The notes under the pieces are model-generated. The model did no database searches. It was not told where the DNA came from and saw only the letters and a list, made by a program, of their open reading frames with translations. The position numbers and the translations under genes were made by a program. Of a DNA stretch of 64,000 nucleotides, positions 1-10,362 are shown piece by piece. The DNA is from Rebecca billardiae RCC1528 (taxonomy: Eukaryota; Protista; Haptophyta), in the NCBI GenBank assembly GCA_965240325.2, contig OZ251241.1, positions 620,001-684,000 of the forward strand, read 5' to 3'. Numbering within the stretch: position 1 is the stretch's first letter; each line of letters starts with the position of its first letter.

Positions 1-650
1 GTCGCGAGGAACGCCCCGCCCTTCGCCACCGCGATGATGGCGTTGCACACGAGCGCCGAGTACACGGCGTTGGCGCCGGTCGGCACCGGCGTGTTTGCGC
101 GCTTGAGCCGCATGCCGATGAAGTACCGCTGCCGGCCGTGGAGCCGTCTTCTGCGCGTGCGCTCGCGCTGCTCCTTCACGCTCGCGATCGTGTCCATCGA
201 GCCCCACTTCCCCAGGGCCGCGCGCACCACGTCCATCCGGAAGTAGAGCGGCATCGTCGCCGCAGACGCGTATGGGCTCGCCTTGAGCAGGTGCGGGAGG
301 GAGGCGAGGTCGCGTATGCCGAGCATGTACTGCGTGCGCGCCTCCTGCTGCGTGAGCGTCTGCGCCTCGCGCCAAAACGTCACCGACGCCTTGTCGCCCG
401 TGCCCAGCCGCTGCTCGAGGTAGCCCTGGTGCGTCTTCCAGCGCAGCACGTCGAGCACGCGCGCCGGAGGCGTCCACTCCTTCCACGCGCTCAGCTCGGC
501 GGCGGGGGGCGAGGTGCACAGCGAAGCCCTCGGGCCGCTACTCCGCGGTGCGTACGGTAATGGCGCACCGGCGAGCGTCCAGCGCGTCGCGCACCATGCC
601 GCGCCGCGCACGGGGAGCGCTCGCGCGCCGATCCCCACGGGATGCGCCAT
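1..650 (-). CDS. SLC30A9: ZnT9/SLC30A9-like cation diffusion facilitator, 5' part (runs off window start)
   Basis: Manual minus-strand translation from ATG 650 is open to base 1: transit-peptide-like N-terminus, XPA-like module (TQQEARTQYMLGIRDLASLPHLLKASPY...MPLYFRMDVVRAALGKWGS), then the first CDF helix (AVYSALVCNAIIAVAKGGAFLA). XPA-like + CDF order is characteristic of ZnT9. Not in the ORF track because no stop lies in the window. Confidence 0.75.
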   Translation of the reverse strand, partial: MAHPVGIGARALPVRGAAWCATRWTLAGAPLPYAPRSSGPRASLCTSPPAAELSAWKEWTPPARVLDVLRWKTHQGYLEQRLGTGDKASVTFWREAQTLTQQEARTQYMLGIRDLASLPHLLKASPYASAATMPLYFRMDVVRAALGKWGSMDTIASVKEQRERTRRRRLHGRQRYFIGMRLKRANTPVPTGANAVYSALVCNAIIAVAKGGAFLA

Positions 651-842
651 CACGTATCGCCGCGACGAAATCGAGCGACGCGTGAGCGAACTGCGAAGTC
701 GACACGGACGGCCGCGAGATCGCGGCCGCCATCGTCCCCGGCCGCCGATCGCGCGCGCGCTCGCCCGAGAGCGTGGCCGCGGCGCGCAGCAGCAACGCGG
801 GCGCGCGCCCGGCGTCCGTGTCCGCCTGCGTGGACGGCATCG

Positions 843-1574
843 ATGCCGACGGCCGAGGAGCACCGCGTGCTCTTCATGCACGGCCTCGAGTCAGGTCCTG
901 GGGGCCGCAAGGCGCGGCGGCTACAGGAGCGATACAACGCGGTCGCGCCCGACATGCGGATGTCGTTCCTTGACCTGCGCCGCGAGAACTCCATCGCTCG
1001 ATCGGCACTGCGCAATGCCCTGACCACGCTCCCATGGAACCTGCTCGCGTGGGCGCTGCACGACTCGCTCACGCGCTGCCTCGGCGTGCAGGCACGCCAG
1101 ATCGATGCGCACAAACCGCATGTCGTCGTCGCGTCCTCGTGGGGCGCCGCAGTAGCCACCCTCGCGCTCGCGCGAGGCGTTTGGTGCGGCCCGACGCTGC
1201 TACTCGCCCCAGCGCTTCAGCACGCCGTCAAGGCTGCCGGCGCGGCCGTGCCTGAGCTGCAACCGAGCGCCATCTACGCGGCAATAGCCACGCTTCGGCC
1301 TGACGAGCGCGCGCGCATCCTCATCGTGCACGGCGAGCAGGATGAGACCATCCCGCTGCAGAACTCGCGCGAGTTCGCCGCTGCGGCAGGCGTACGGCTG
1401 CTTGTCGTGCCGGGTGGCGACCACGCGCTCAACGAAGCGCTGCTCGACGACGCCAGTGTCAGTGCTGGGCTGAGAGCCAGCGCCGACGAGGGTGCAGCAG
1501 CGCCCAGCCGTCTGAGCCCGGCAGACGAGACATGCCTGCTCTTCCGCCTCGTGAACCAGCTCCTCTCCGTCTAG
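843..1574 (+). CDS. alpha/beta hydrolase (YqiA/YcfP-like esterase)
   Basis: FMHGLESGP, nucleophile elbow ASSWG, HGEQDETIP (Asp), GGDH (His); ATG at 843; intronless. Confidence 0.85.
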   Translation: MPTAEEHRVLFMHGLESGPGGRKARRLQERYNAVAPDMRMSFLDLRRENSIARSALRNALTTLPWNLLAWALHDSLTRCLGVQARQIDAHKPHVVVASSWGAAVATLALARGVWCGPTLLLAPALQHAVKAAGAAVPELQPSAIYAAIATLRPDERARILIVHGEQDETIPLQNSREFAAAAGVRLLVVPGGDHALNEALLDDASVSAGLRASADEGAAAPSRLSPADETCLLFRLVNQLLSV

Positions 1575-2067
1575 CTGTCTGACATCCCGCTGCACGCCTG
1601 CAGGCTACACGCCTCCTGCCCTGCACCGTGCACGGAGGCCCTGGTGTCTCGGATCCAGCTCGGACTCACCGCCTAAGTCCTGCTGAGCCTGAGGCCGCCC
1701 CGGCAACCCGGCCACCCTGACCCGGGCGGCCCGCCATGCCCACGCCCGGCCACGACTACGGACCCTACGCGCGGCGTCTGCGCGGCCAGTCCGGGCGGCC
1801 ACAGTAGTCGTCGCGGGCAGTGGCCAACTCGGAGTCTCGGTCCGTCGGGCTGCCGCCTGCCGGCCCTGCCGCGGCTGCCGGCGCTCGGATCAATGCCGCG
1901 CCACTCCGCCCGGCCATCGGCCATCGGGCGGCCATGCTGCATCGGGGCATGCTGATGCTCCGTGGCCGTGCGCGGACGCGCGCAGACGGAGCCTGGCAAC
2001 TGCCGTGCTCGGCTAACTGATGGCCCGCGGTGCAGGGCGGAGCGCGTAGCGTGGAGCCCCGCCCGGC

Positions 2068-3781
2068 GGGGGGCCAAAGTGGCACTGTAGCGTTACTGAC
2101 GGCCACGAGCGCGGGTCCTAGCGAGTGTTTAGAGCTGATTTCGGGCTGGATCATTTGCCCTCTGGAGGGGTCTGGGCCGGCCATGTAAAAAAATCAGGTG
2201 CACATACCCTGAATATAGAGCGTAACGGCTAGCATATTTACTTATTAGAATGAGCCTGAACTTATTGGAAACGGTATGTAACGGTCGTCCTATATGTGAC
2301 ATATAGACCATGTCGACCTCACTTTGATAGAGCATCTCAGCGAGATCGTTCTGAGTCCCCAGCAGCAGCAGGTCCCAACATGCGATATAGGCTGTGTACT
2401 GGCAGGCTGTCAAATATGTAGTTTCCTAGAAGCCACCGATCGTTACATACCCACTGTGTATATAGGCGGGCCATGCTGATGAATACAGCCTCGTCTGATC
2501 TCGAGCTGCGAGATACGTTTTCAGACTGTGTTTACGGCCACGCGTACGGCGTATTGCAGACATCGTAGACCCAAAGCACCGGCCCCACGTCCTTAGCCCG
2601 GGAGTGCTCTCGGTCATAGTCAAGGTTTAAAGTGACTCGAGCCAACCGTCACCGCTCCCTGGCCGAGACCTACGAGGCAGGTCAAATCTGTCGTCGTCGC
2701 AGTGCGGCACAGTGCCGAGCATGCGATTCGGCAGCAAACGTCTGCTCCAGGCGGTGGCTGGCGTGTCTGCACCAAACCAGGCTGGATGGGATTGGTCCAT
2801 ATAGGTACGCACTACCCTGTTCCGCGCTATTTCTGGGCTTAGGGGCGGATATTCGGCCTACAGAGGCTGATCCGGCGCTGTTCGGCGCTCCTGGCTGGCT
2901 GCGCGGAGCCCAACGGCAAGCGCCGGCGTGTGCAAGGTGTCAAGATTGAGACGGTCTCTGACGCTCCCGCCGGTCTTGGGCGCACCAGGGTGCACGAGGG
3001 CCCATCTGCATCTGCTTCTGCAGGCATGAGCGTCACAGGGGCGCGCTTGCAGGCACGGTCGAGTGCACGTCGGACCTGTCGAATGAGCCAACCGCTGCCT
3101 GCGAGCACGTCCGCGACGTCCTGAGAGGCGAATGTGAGGCGCCCAGACGCCATCAGAGGGCACACGTGACCCATACCCAACGTACTGACCATCGCAAGTG
3201 CCACGGCAGGTGCAAACACGGGCCCTACAAGCGGAACATGACAGTTGCGAGCTCCGCGGAGGTGTTGCGCGCGAGCTCGCGCCGGTCTGCTGACGGCGAT
3301 TCCGGCGCAGCAGGGCAGGTTAGGCGAGCTGGGCATCCACATACATACATGGGCACTTGGTGCGAGCATCGATCTCAACTGTGCGAGTTGATTATGAGCC
3401 ACACCGTGCGGTAGCGTGACGGGCGCACGCAGCGCGCCAATTCAAGCCGGCCGACGCGCGCCGCGCACGGCGCGAGATGGCCAAGAAGCGGGTGGTGAGC
3501 CGCTGGTGGCGCAAAGGCACGGGTCAGTAGCGCCCACCAGCGTCACGCGCGCGCGCACCCGAGACCATCTCGGCGTCTCAAAGGTCGCGAGCGCGCGGCG
3601 GTCCACTGCCTCCGGCCGCTCGCGCTGGAGCGGAACCGAGCTCTGAGCGTCCGAAGGCGTGAAGCTCGATTTTCGAGCGGGGTCCGAGAAAAAGGCTCCG
3701 CGCCACCCTAAAAGGCCGAGGGCGGAGCGAAAATGCGACGCGACTTTGCTTTTCATTTTTAAATGGGCGGTTTGGCCCCCC
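2068..3781. mobile_element. ~1.7-kb non-autonomous TIR element, family T1 copy 1
   Basis: TIR GGGGGGCCAAA / TTTGGCCCCCC; closely similar along its length to 26077-27696+34453-34548 and 36201-37779; no transposase motif recognised. Confidence 0.85.
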
Positions 3782-4103
3782 TACGGCCGCCGGGGGCCCT
3801 CACTACGTTGTCAAAAAGATCTTTTGATCAAAGAAAAGGGGATGGGGGACGATTTTGAGGGCTGTTGGAGGGTGAGTTTTCGATTTTTCGAGGGGTACGT
3901 TGGCCCATAGTGCTCTGCATTAGCAACTACGCGCTTGACGAAATAAGCGCGCCCACGCCATTCCGCATAAGTCGATGGACGGACGTGGGATCAGATACCC
4001 CGGGGGTGAAACAAGTGAGTATTTTTGTCCTTCTAGTGTATGCTGGAGTACGAGTTTGCCGAGCGACGTTTGATTGTTTTGGGTCGAAAACAGCTATGAG
4101 GCC

Positions 4104-4386
4104 AGATTCTTTTGAATAGCGCTTGCGAAAAGAAGTTACCCGCCTGTCTCGATGGATGAACCGCCTCATGGTATTGAAAGAGATTCTTTTGAATAGCGCT
4201 TTTAAACCAAGTTACCCACCTGTCTCGTTGGACGAACAGTCTCCTCATCATATTGAAGAGATTCTTTTGAATAGCGCTATTTAAAGCCAGTTACCCGCTT
4301 GCCTCGATGGATGAACCGCCTTGATAATATTGAAAGATATTCTTTTGACGAATAGCGCTTGTCACAACCAAGTTACCCGCCTGTCA
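4104..4386. repeat. AT-rich ~78-bp tandem repeat, ~3.5 copies
   Basis: Unit AGATTCTTTTGAATAGCGCT...AGTTACCCGCCTGTCTCGATGGATGAACCGCC recurs at ~4104, 4181, 4259, 4336. Confidence 0.85.
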
Positions 4387-6757
4387 GCTGTCTCGTGCTC
4401 GCGAGCGGCGCGACGAACGACATCGGCCCGAGCGAGGATGCCGCCTTCAAAGGCGCGCACCGAGTGCGTGCGCGACGGGTGCCGGCCGGCCGCTGGTCTC
4501 GACCTATCGCCCTCGGCCCTCCCCGAGCGCGCCTGCAGGTACCTCCGGACGCGCATTCGGCTTGCTCACTCGATCAGCTCACTCACAGCTGCCGGTCACG
4601 CAGCCGCGCGGCGGCCCCGCGACCCGAGGTCCGCGGCCCAAAGTGTGTGTGCGCGCCGCGCCGGTGCCCTCGCGCCGGTGGCGTGGGCTGGCTGGCCGCT
4701 GGTCTCGCCCACGCGCCCCACTCGCCCCAAGCGCGCAACGCCTGCGGGAAGCGCCGGCACCATACCTACCTAACCTGCGCGTCGACGCCCGTCCCGCCGC
4801 GGCCCGCGCCTCGATCGATCGTCGATCGGACCGCGTGCGTGCGACTCCGTCCGCGCCCGCGCGCAGGGTGGGAGGGGCTGATGCAGGAGCAGATGCAGGA
4901 CTACCTCGAAATTGCACGCGACGAGGAGGTGCCCAGCGCGCACTTTACGCTGCGCGCATCATCAAGTGGTCGCCCAGCGAGCGCGGCAGCTGGCCACCGG
5001 GCCGGCTGACGGCGGGCGCAGCTGCCAGCTGCGGACGCGCAGCGGGCGCGGAGTGGAAGCCGGCGCAGCGGCCGGGCAGCGGCGGCCGGCGCGGCAGCAC
5101 GCTCGTATACATCGCGGCAGCTACCGCCGTCGTGCGGGGAAAGCACACGCTCTCGGCGGCTTCCAAGATGCCGACGGGCCACGGCGTGCACTCCGTGCAG
5201 GCTGCCTGCGTGCGCGCTGCAGTGGCTGTGTCGAGCTGCTGCGGCGTGTGCTCGAGGCGCGGCGCTCGCACGGGCTACGCGGGCGCAGCGGGTGCGCGCA
5301 GCTGGCGCACGCAGTGCCACGTCCTGCGGCGCCAGTTTGGCGGCCGTCCGCCCCCCCGAGCTCGAGTTCTGCGCGCTTTGCGACGGCGCGGCCGGCAGCG
5401 CCCATCTGCCTGCTTGCTTGGGCACGCCAGCATGTCCGCCGCCGGGCCTGCTGCGCGCGCCGAAGCTGGAGGGCGGAGGAGGGCGCTGGGCTGCTCCTAC
5501 GGCGTGCTGCAGCCCGGGCAGGCTCTTCTACCGCGGCGCGGCGAGGCCGTCGCGCCTGCTCGCCGCCGTCGAGTCGCCCGTGCTGCGTGACCCTCGGCCG
5601 CACGTGCTCGCTCGGCGGCACCGCAGCAGGCGTCCCATACCAGTATACTCGAGCCGCTGTGCGCAACCAAGGCGCGAGCTGCTCGAGCGGGCCAGGTGGG
5701 CCCAGGGGGTGCGTGCACTGCTGGCACACGCAGCCCCGGCCCGTGCCATGGGGTGTCGGTTTGACGGTCGCCAGCCCCTGTGGGCTCGAGCGCTGTGCGC
5801 TTCACCACGGAGGTGCTGGCAGCGCCCCGCGGCGCGCAACGGCGGGGCAGCATGGCCGCCGCCGGCGCCGCCGCACATGCCGCCGCTTACGGGCAGTCGA
5901 GAGCTTGGGGCAGCACCTACGGCGCATGCTGCAGCTCGGGGCGGGCTCTGCCAGCCTGCTGTGGCGTGATCGCGCATTTTCCAGACCGTCGACTCGCCCG
6001 CGCTGCATAATATATATTCCATTATTCGTTTGCCGCGCGTGCTCGACGGCGCTCCGCGCTGCTGCTGCCGCTACGGCCGCGCGTTGGACGGACAGCATAT
6101 GCCGACGGAGGGTGCACCGCGGGCCCCTAACTACGTTGGTTCTACGGAAGGACCGCGGAACGCGGTCATATGTATATCATCATCGTCGTCATGCAGTAGA
6201 TATATATACATAGTATATACTGACGATATGTCACAATATATATAATAATATGACTATACTGCTGTATAGGCCTGTACTCTGTAGATTGTGTACTGGTCAA
6301 TCCGCGTAAGTAACTAAGTATGCTGACGACAATACATGTAACATATGAGTCATATGACGACGAGTCATGACGCGATGACAAGTGGCAATAAGTGCATCGT
6401 CAGTATTATATGCCTATACGCGAGTCGGACACGTCATGCACGAGACTGGCGAGAGTCGGACTAGTGAGGCGCAGTTTACACCATAGAGTATAGCTCGCTG
6501 AAACTGATCTGCTGATCGGCCGCGACGCACCGACGCAGAGCTGACGATCCGCAGCGAGCTCACGCCGATCCATCCGTCGTCTCACGTCTGTGCCGTCGAT
6601 CGACGACGACGTGCGATGCCGATATCGAATGGGTCCACGACCACGGGCACGGCGCCCCCGGCCCCGGGTGGCGCCAAAGTCCGGCTGTTCGAATGTCCGA
6701 TCTCGAGAAGCAAGAGCGCTGAAGAGTCGTCTGCCGAGGACACCCACCATGCAGCGC

Positions 6758-8824
6758 TCATTGGTTGGCCTCCTTCCACTCCGCAGGCGGCTGTTGCTGC
6801 GACTTACCCGCCGAGGGCGCCGCCGGGGCTGACGTGGCCTCGGGCTTGTGCTGCTGCTGGCTCGTCGACGCCACCGACTCGGACGCGCCCTCCGCCACCT
6901 TGGGCGGCGCGCGGGCAGCCGTCTCCACCGGCTCCGCGACGGCCGGCTGATCCGGCAGGGCGCCGCTGTCGTCGGGCGCGCTGCTCAGCCCAAGGCCGCG
7001 GAGCAGCGGGCGGAACGGCGCGGCCAGCACGCCGAACAGCATCGACAACCCAGTCGCCGGCAGCGCGCTCAGCGCGCCCAGCATCCCGGAGCCAGCGGAG
7101 TCGGCAGGCTGCGCCTCCGCCGCGCTCGGCTGCGCGTGGGCACGGCGGATGTTGGCGATGGCGCCTGCCGCGCACCGTGCGATCTGCTCGTTCTCCGTGT
7201 CGTCGAGCATCGCGTACAGCACCTCCTCGACGCCCGTGCCTTGCGCGCGCGCCGCGCACTCCGGGCTGGACATGAGGTTCTGCACGCCCGCGACCGCGTA
7301 GTAGCGCACAGAGAGGTCATCCGCGCGCAGCAGGCTGCACAGCAGCTCGAGCCCGCCGTGCTCATGCACGAGCGCCGCGCCGCCCATGTCGGCGAGGTTG
7401 ACGAGGATCGAGAGGCCCAGGTAGACCAGGTGGCGGTCCGTGGACTGGAGCTGCTCGAGAAGGAGCTGGATCAGCGGGCCGATCAGCTCGACGGAGCGCG
7501 CAGACTCGACCGCCGCAGCCTGCGCACCGCGCGCGGAGGCGCAGGCCGCGGGGCGCGGGGCGGAGGGCGGGGGTGGGCGGGCGGAGCGAGGGCCCGCGGA
7601 ACGGGGGATACCGGGGCCGCCGCCGCGCGCGCGCACCTCTTCCGTCGGCCCAGCTACGCTCGAGAGGTGCCGAGCGAGGCCCTCAACTGCCGTGAGCACT
7701 CCCTCCAGCCACGCCGCATCGGTGGGCAGCTCGGGGCTGCCACCGCCGCCCCCGCTCGCGCCGGCGTCCGCGGACGACGCCGCGCCATCGCCGGCGCCGA
7801 CGGAGCCCACAGCGAAGCGCGGCGCAGCGAGAGCCTCGGCGGCCATTGCGGCCGACACGGCGAGCTGCTCCATCGCCTCGGCCGACGCCTCCGCCGTGAG
7901 AGCGCCCTCCGCTCCGCCTTGCGTGGGCGCGCTCAGGCCGTGAGCTTCCCGGTGCGCGCGCTGCAGCACGGTGGCGGCGTCGCTCCGCCGCGCGGCCTGC
8001 TCCTGGTCGTAGACCTCGCGCGCGCGCATGGCGCGCTCCAGCTTGGCCTCGAGCACTGCGCTCGCGCTCGGCTCGGCCTCGCCCTCCGCGCCGCCCTCGC
8101 CGGCCTTGGGCGGCGCAACCGGCGGCTCCACGGAGTCGGTGTACTGCGTTGCGATCGGGATGGCGCGCAGGTTGGCGAGGGCACCGGTGGCGCACGCGGC
8201 GACGGGGGTCTGGTCCTGCGGCGGCTCATCAGCCTCCTCCTCCTTCCCGCCACCCCCCGCCTCCGCCGCCTCGACGATCGCCGCCAGCCGAGTCTGCGCC
8301 TCGTCCAGCGCCGGCCCAAGATCATCGACAAACGCGCTCACGACAAACGCGTCCGCGGTCGCCTGCGCGGGTCGGCGCCGCGCACGGGCCACCGGCGGGG
8401 TGAGGCGAGAGGGCGCGTACCGGCGTGCGGTGATCACCGCTCGCTGCAGGCAGGGCGCGCAGCGCACGTTTTGGATGCCCGCGCACGCATAATACTGCGT
8501 CGACGTGTCCGCCGAGTCGAGCTTCGAGAGGAGCAGCTCGAGGCCTCCGTTCTTGAGGACTAGGTCCGCACCGCCCACGTCGGCGATGTTCACGAGCGAC
8601 GAGAGGCCGAGGTACGTCAGCCGCTCGTTTGCAAACCCTTTTCCGAGGCGCGCGATGAGCGGCGGCAGCACGTTGGCGTCGTCGACCGCGCAGCACAGGT
8701 CGTCCTCGTCCTCCTCGGGGCACTCGCTGAGGACCTGCGCGAGAGCTGAGAGGCCAGACTCCAGCTCCCCTTCCTCCGCATCCCGCAGCAGCTTTGCGAG
8801 CTCGGCGAGTGCCGCGTCGTCCAT
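6758..8824 (-). CDS. armadillo-repeat protein with duplicated ARM module and central IQ-like motif
   Basis: Two copies of YLGLSxLVNxADxGGAxLVxxxGGLELL...YYAxAGxQN...CAxGAxANxR; AATVLQRAHR between them; in-frame GT-AG introns predicted at 8363-8467 and 7520-7636; ATG 8824. Confidence 0.8.
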   Translation of the reverse strand: MDDAALAELAKLLRDAEEGELESGLSALAQVLSECPEEDEDDLCCAVDDANVLPPLIARLGKGFANERLTYLGLSSLVNIADVGGADLVLKNGGLELLLSKLDSADTSTQYYACAGIQNVRCAPCLQRAVITARRYAPSRLTPPVARARRRPAQATADAFVVSAFVDDLGPALDEAQTRLAAIVEAAEAGGGGKEEEADEPPQDQTPVAACATGALANLRAIPIATQYTDSVEPPVAPPKAGEGGAEGEAEPSASAVLEAKLERAMRAREVYDQEQAARRSDAATVLQRAHREAHGLSAPTQGGAEGALTAEASAEAMEQLAVSAAMAAEALAAPRFAVGSVGAGDGAASSADAGASGGGGGSPELPTDAAWLEGVLTAVEGLARHLSSVAGPTEEVRARGGGPGIPRSAGPRSARPPPPSAPRPAACASARGAQAAAVESARSVELIGPLIQLLLEQLQSTDRHLVYLGLSILVNLADMGGAALVHEHGGLELLCSLLRADDLSVRYYAVAGVQNLMSSPECAARAQGTGVEEVLYAMLDDTENEQIARCAAGAIANIRRAHAQPSAAEAQPADSAGSGMLGALSALPATGLSMLFGVLAAPFRPLLRGLGLSSAPDDSGALPDQPAVAEPVETAARAPPKVAEGASESVASTSQQQHKPEATSAPAAPSAGKSQQQPPAEWKEANQ

Positions 8825-9139
8825 TGGCGTTGCCGGGTGGCGGTCGGGAGGTCGCTCAAGCCCGTCGCGCCTGCTCGCGCCGTCGGTAGCCGCCAATACG
8901 GACTCTACCCCCATATCAGTATTCACAGTGGGTACAAATACAGTTGGAGCCGGGCAGCCGCAAGGGAGATAGCCGCGTACGATAAGCCGTCCGGCTCGCA
9001 AAGGTTTGCGTTACGACCTCGCCGTTGGCTTACCCACATCACCCCGACTGGTGGTCCGGTGAACGAGCTCCGTCAAGTCTCGCGCGCGATTACACCGCGT
9101 CGCCAACGCCCGGGGCAACGACTTGCCGCCGCTCGTGCG

Positions 9140-9964
9140 ATGTCATCCGGTCTGCGGCAGCTCGGCGAGTGGCCGAACGCCTATCTCGTCGACCCAACGG
9201 TGGCCGATATTTCGCGCTCGGCGCCAGCTCCGCGCCTCGTCACCGTCGAGACGGAGACGAAGCGCCTCACGTTCGATGCGAACAAGGCGATCGTTATCGT
9301 CATCGACATGCAGAACGACTTCTGCCACGTGGATGGCTGGCTGAGCGCGTGCATCGGCGTCGATGTCAAGCCCACGCGCGAACCGATCGCGCCCCTCAAG
9401 CGCGCCCTGCCTGAATTCCGCGCGGCCGGCGTGCCCGTGATGTGGCTCAACTGGGGAAATCGGCGCGACATGGCCAACTTGAGCGCCGGGCTTCGCCACA
9501 CGTTCAACCCGACCGGCGCGGGGGTGGGGATCGGCGACAAGATGCGCAACGGCTCGCGCGTGCTCATGGCCGGCAGCTGGGGCTCGTCCATCGTGGACGA
9601 CCTCAAGCCCGAGCCCGCAGACATCCACATCGACAAGTACCGCATGAGCGGCTTCTGGGACACGCCGCTCGACAGCGTGCTGCGCAACATGGGCAAGAGC
9701 ACGCTCCTCTTCGCGGGCGTGAACGCTGACCAGTGCGTGATGACGACGCTGCAGGACGCGCACTTCCACGGCTACGACTGCATCCTCCTCCGCGACTGCT
9801 CGGGCACCGCGTCGCCCTCGTACTGCATGGAGGCCACGCTTTATAATGTGTCGCAATGCTTTGGCTTTGTGGCGCAGTCGACTGACGTGGTCGGCGCGCT
9901 CGCCGTCGCGGAGACAGGAACGGTGGTCAAGCGCCAGCGCACCGATGGCTCGCCCGAAGGCTGA
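9140..9964 (+). CDS. isochorismatase-family cysteine hydrolase
   Basis: IDMQNDF (Asp), DKYRMSGF (Lys), GVNADQCV (Cys nucleophile); intronless; ATG 9140. Confidence 0.9.
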   Translation: MSSGLRQLGEWPNAYLVDPTVADISRSAPAPRLVTVETETKRLTFDANKAIVIVIDMQNDFCHVDGWLSACIGVDVKPTREPIAPLKRALPEFRAAGVPVMWLNWGNRRDMANLSAGLRHTFNPTGAGVGIGDKMRNGSRVLMAGSWGSSIVDDLKPEPADIHIDKYRMSGFWDTPLDSVLRNMGKSTLLFAGVNADQCVMTTLQDAHFHGYDCILLRDCSGTASPSYCMEATLYNVSQCFGFVAQSTDVVGALAVAETGTVVKRQRTDGSPEG

Positions 9965-10362
9965 TCTGGCCAGCTGGCCGAGCGCGCTGCTACGAGCAGT
10001 CGGCCCCGTTCAAATCAGTCCTCCCATGCCGATGCCGCAGTGCAAGTGCCAGGCTACTCGCTGACAGAACTGCGCTGAGCACGTCGCACGACGACTGCAT
10101 CATGGGTTCATGCCACTGCCACTCACTGCCTGGCCCTCATCACCGCCTGTGACCCGGGTGGGCGGGCCGCGTCGCCGGCGCGCCCGCGTCGCGCCTGCGA
10201 GCAAGTGGCCCCGGAACGGCCCCCGCGCCTCACCGCGACTGCGAACGGGCGCGGCGTGATTCACCGGCCGTTGACAGTTCTAACCAGTAACCGTGACTCG
10301 TGAGACTGAGTGAGTCACTCTCAGTCACTGAGCCTGAGCCGTCTGAGGCTACAGCAGTCATA

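Larger units (their letters stand above)
2018..6170 (+). mobile_element. Helentron-associated non-autonomous element (HINE/DINE-1-like), family H1 copy 1, with nested TIR element
   Basis: 13-bp subTIR GGCCCGCGGTGCA (2022-2034) / TGCACCGCGGGCC (6113-6125); 3' hairpin GACCGCG-GAA-CGCGGTC (6151-6167); first 42 nt are 41/42 identical to revcomp of 55395-55436; 3790-3890 and 6115-6167 are also homologous to the 54-55 kb copy; central ~78-bp tandem repeats. Confidence 0.65.

Noticed and set aside
2124-2145. GTGTTTAGAGCTG in T1 resembles the Cas9 repeat/sgRNA start GTTTTAGAGCTA
   Set aside because: Short chance match, not conserved in copy 2 (TTTAGCGCTG); no array and no Cas/TnpB/Fanzor ORF seen.
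4104-4386. Regularly spaced repeats as a CRISPR array
   Set aside because: The intervening segments are themselves homologous; it is a plain tandem repeat in a eukaryotic TE.
2014-6132. TAACT...TAACT as a 5-bp TSD around a TIR transposon
   Set aside because: The right-hand AACT is shared with the 54-kb copy and homology continues to the hairpin, so it is internal to the element.
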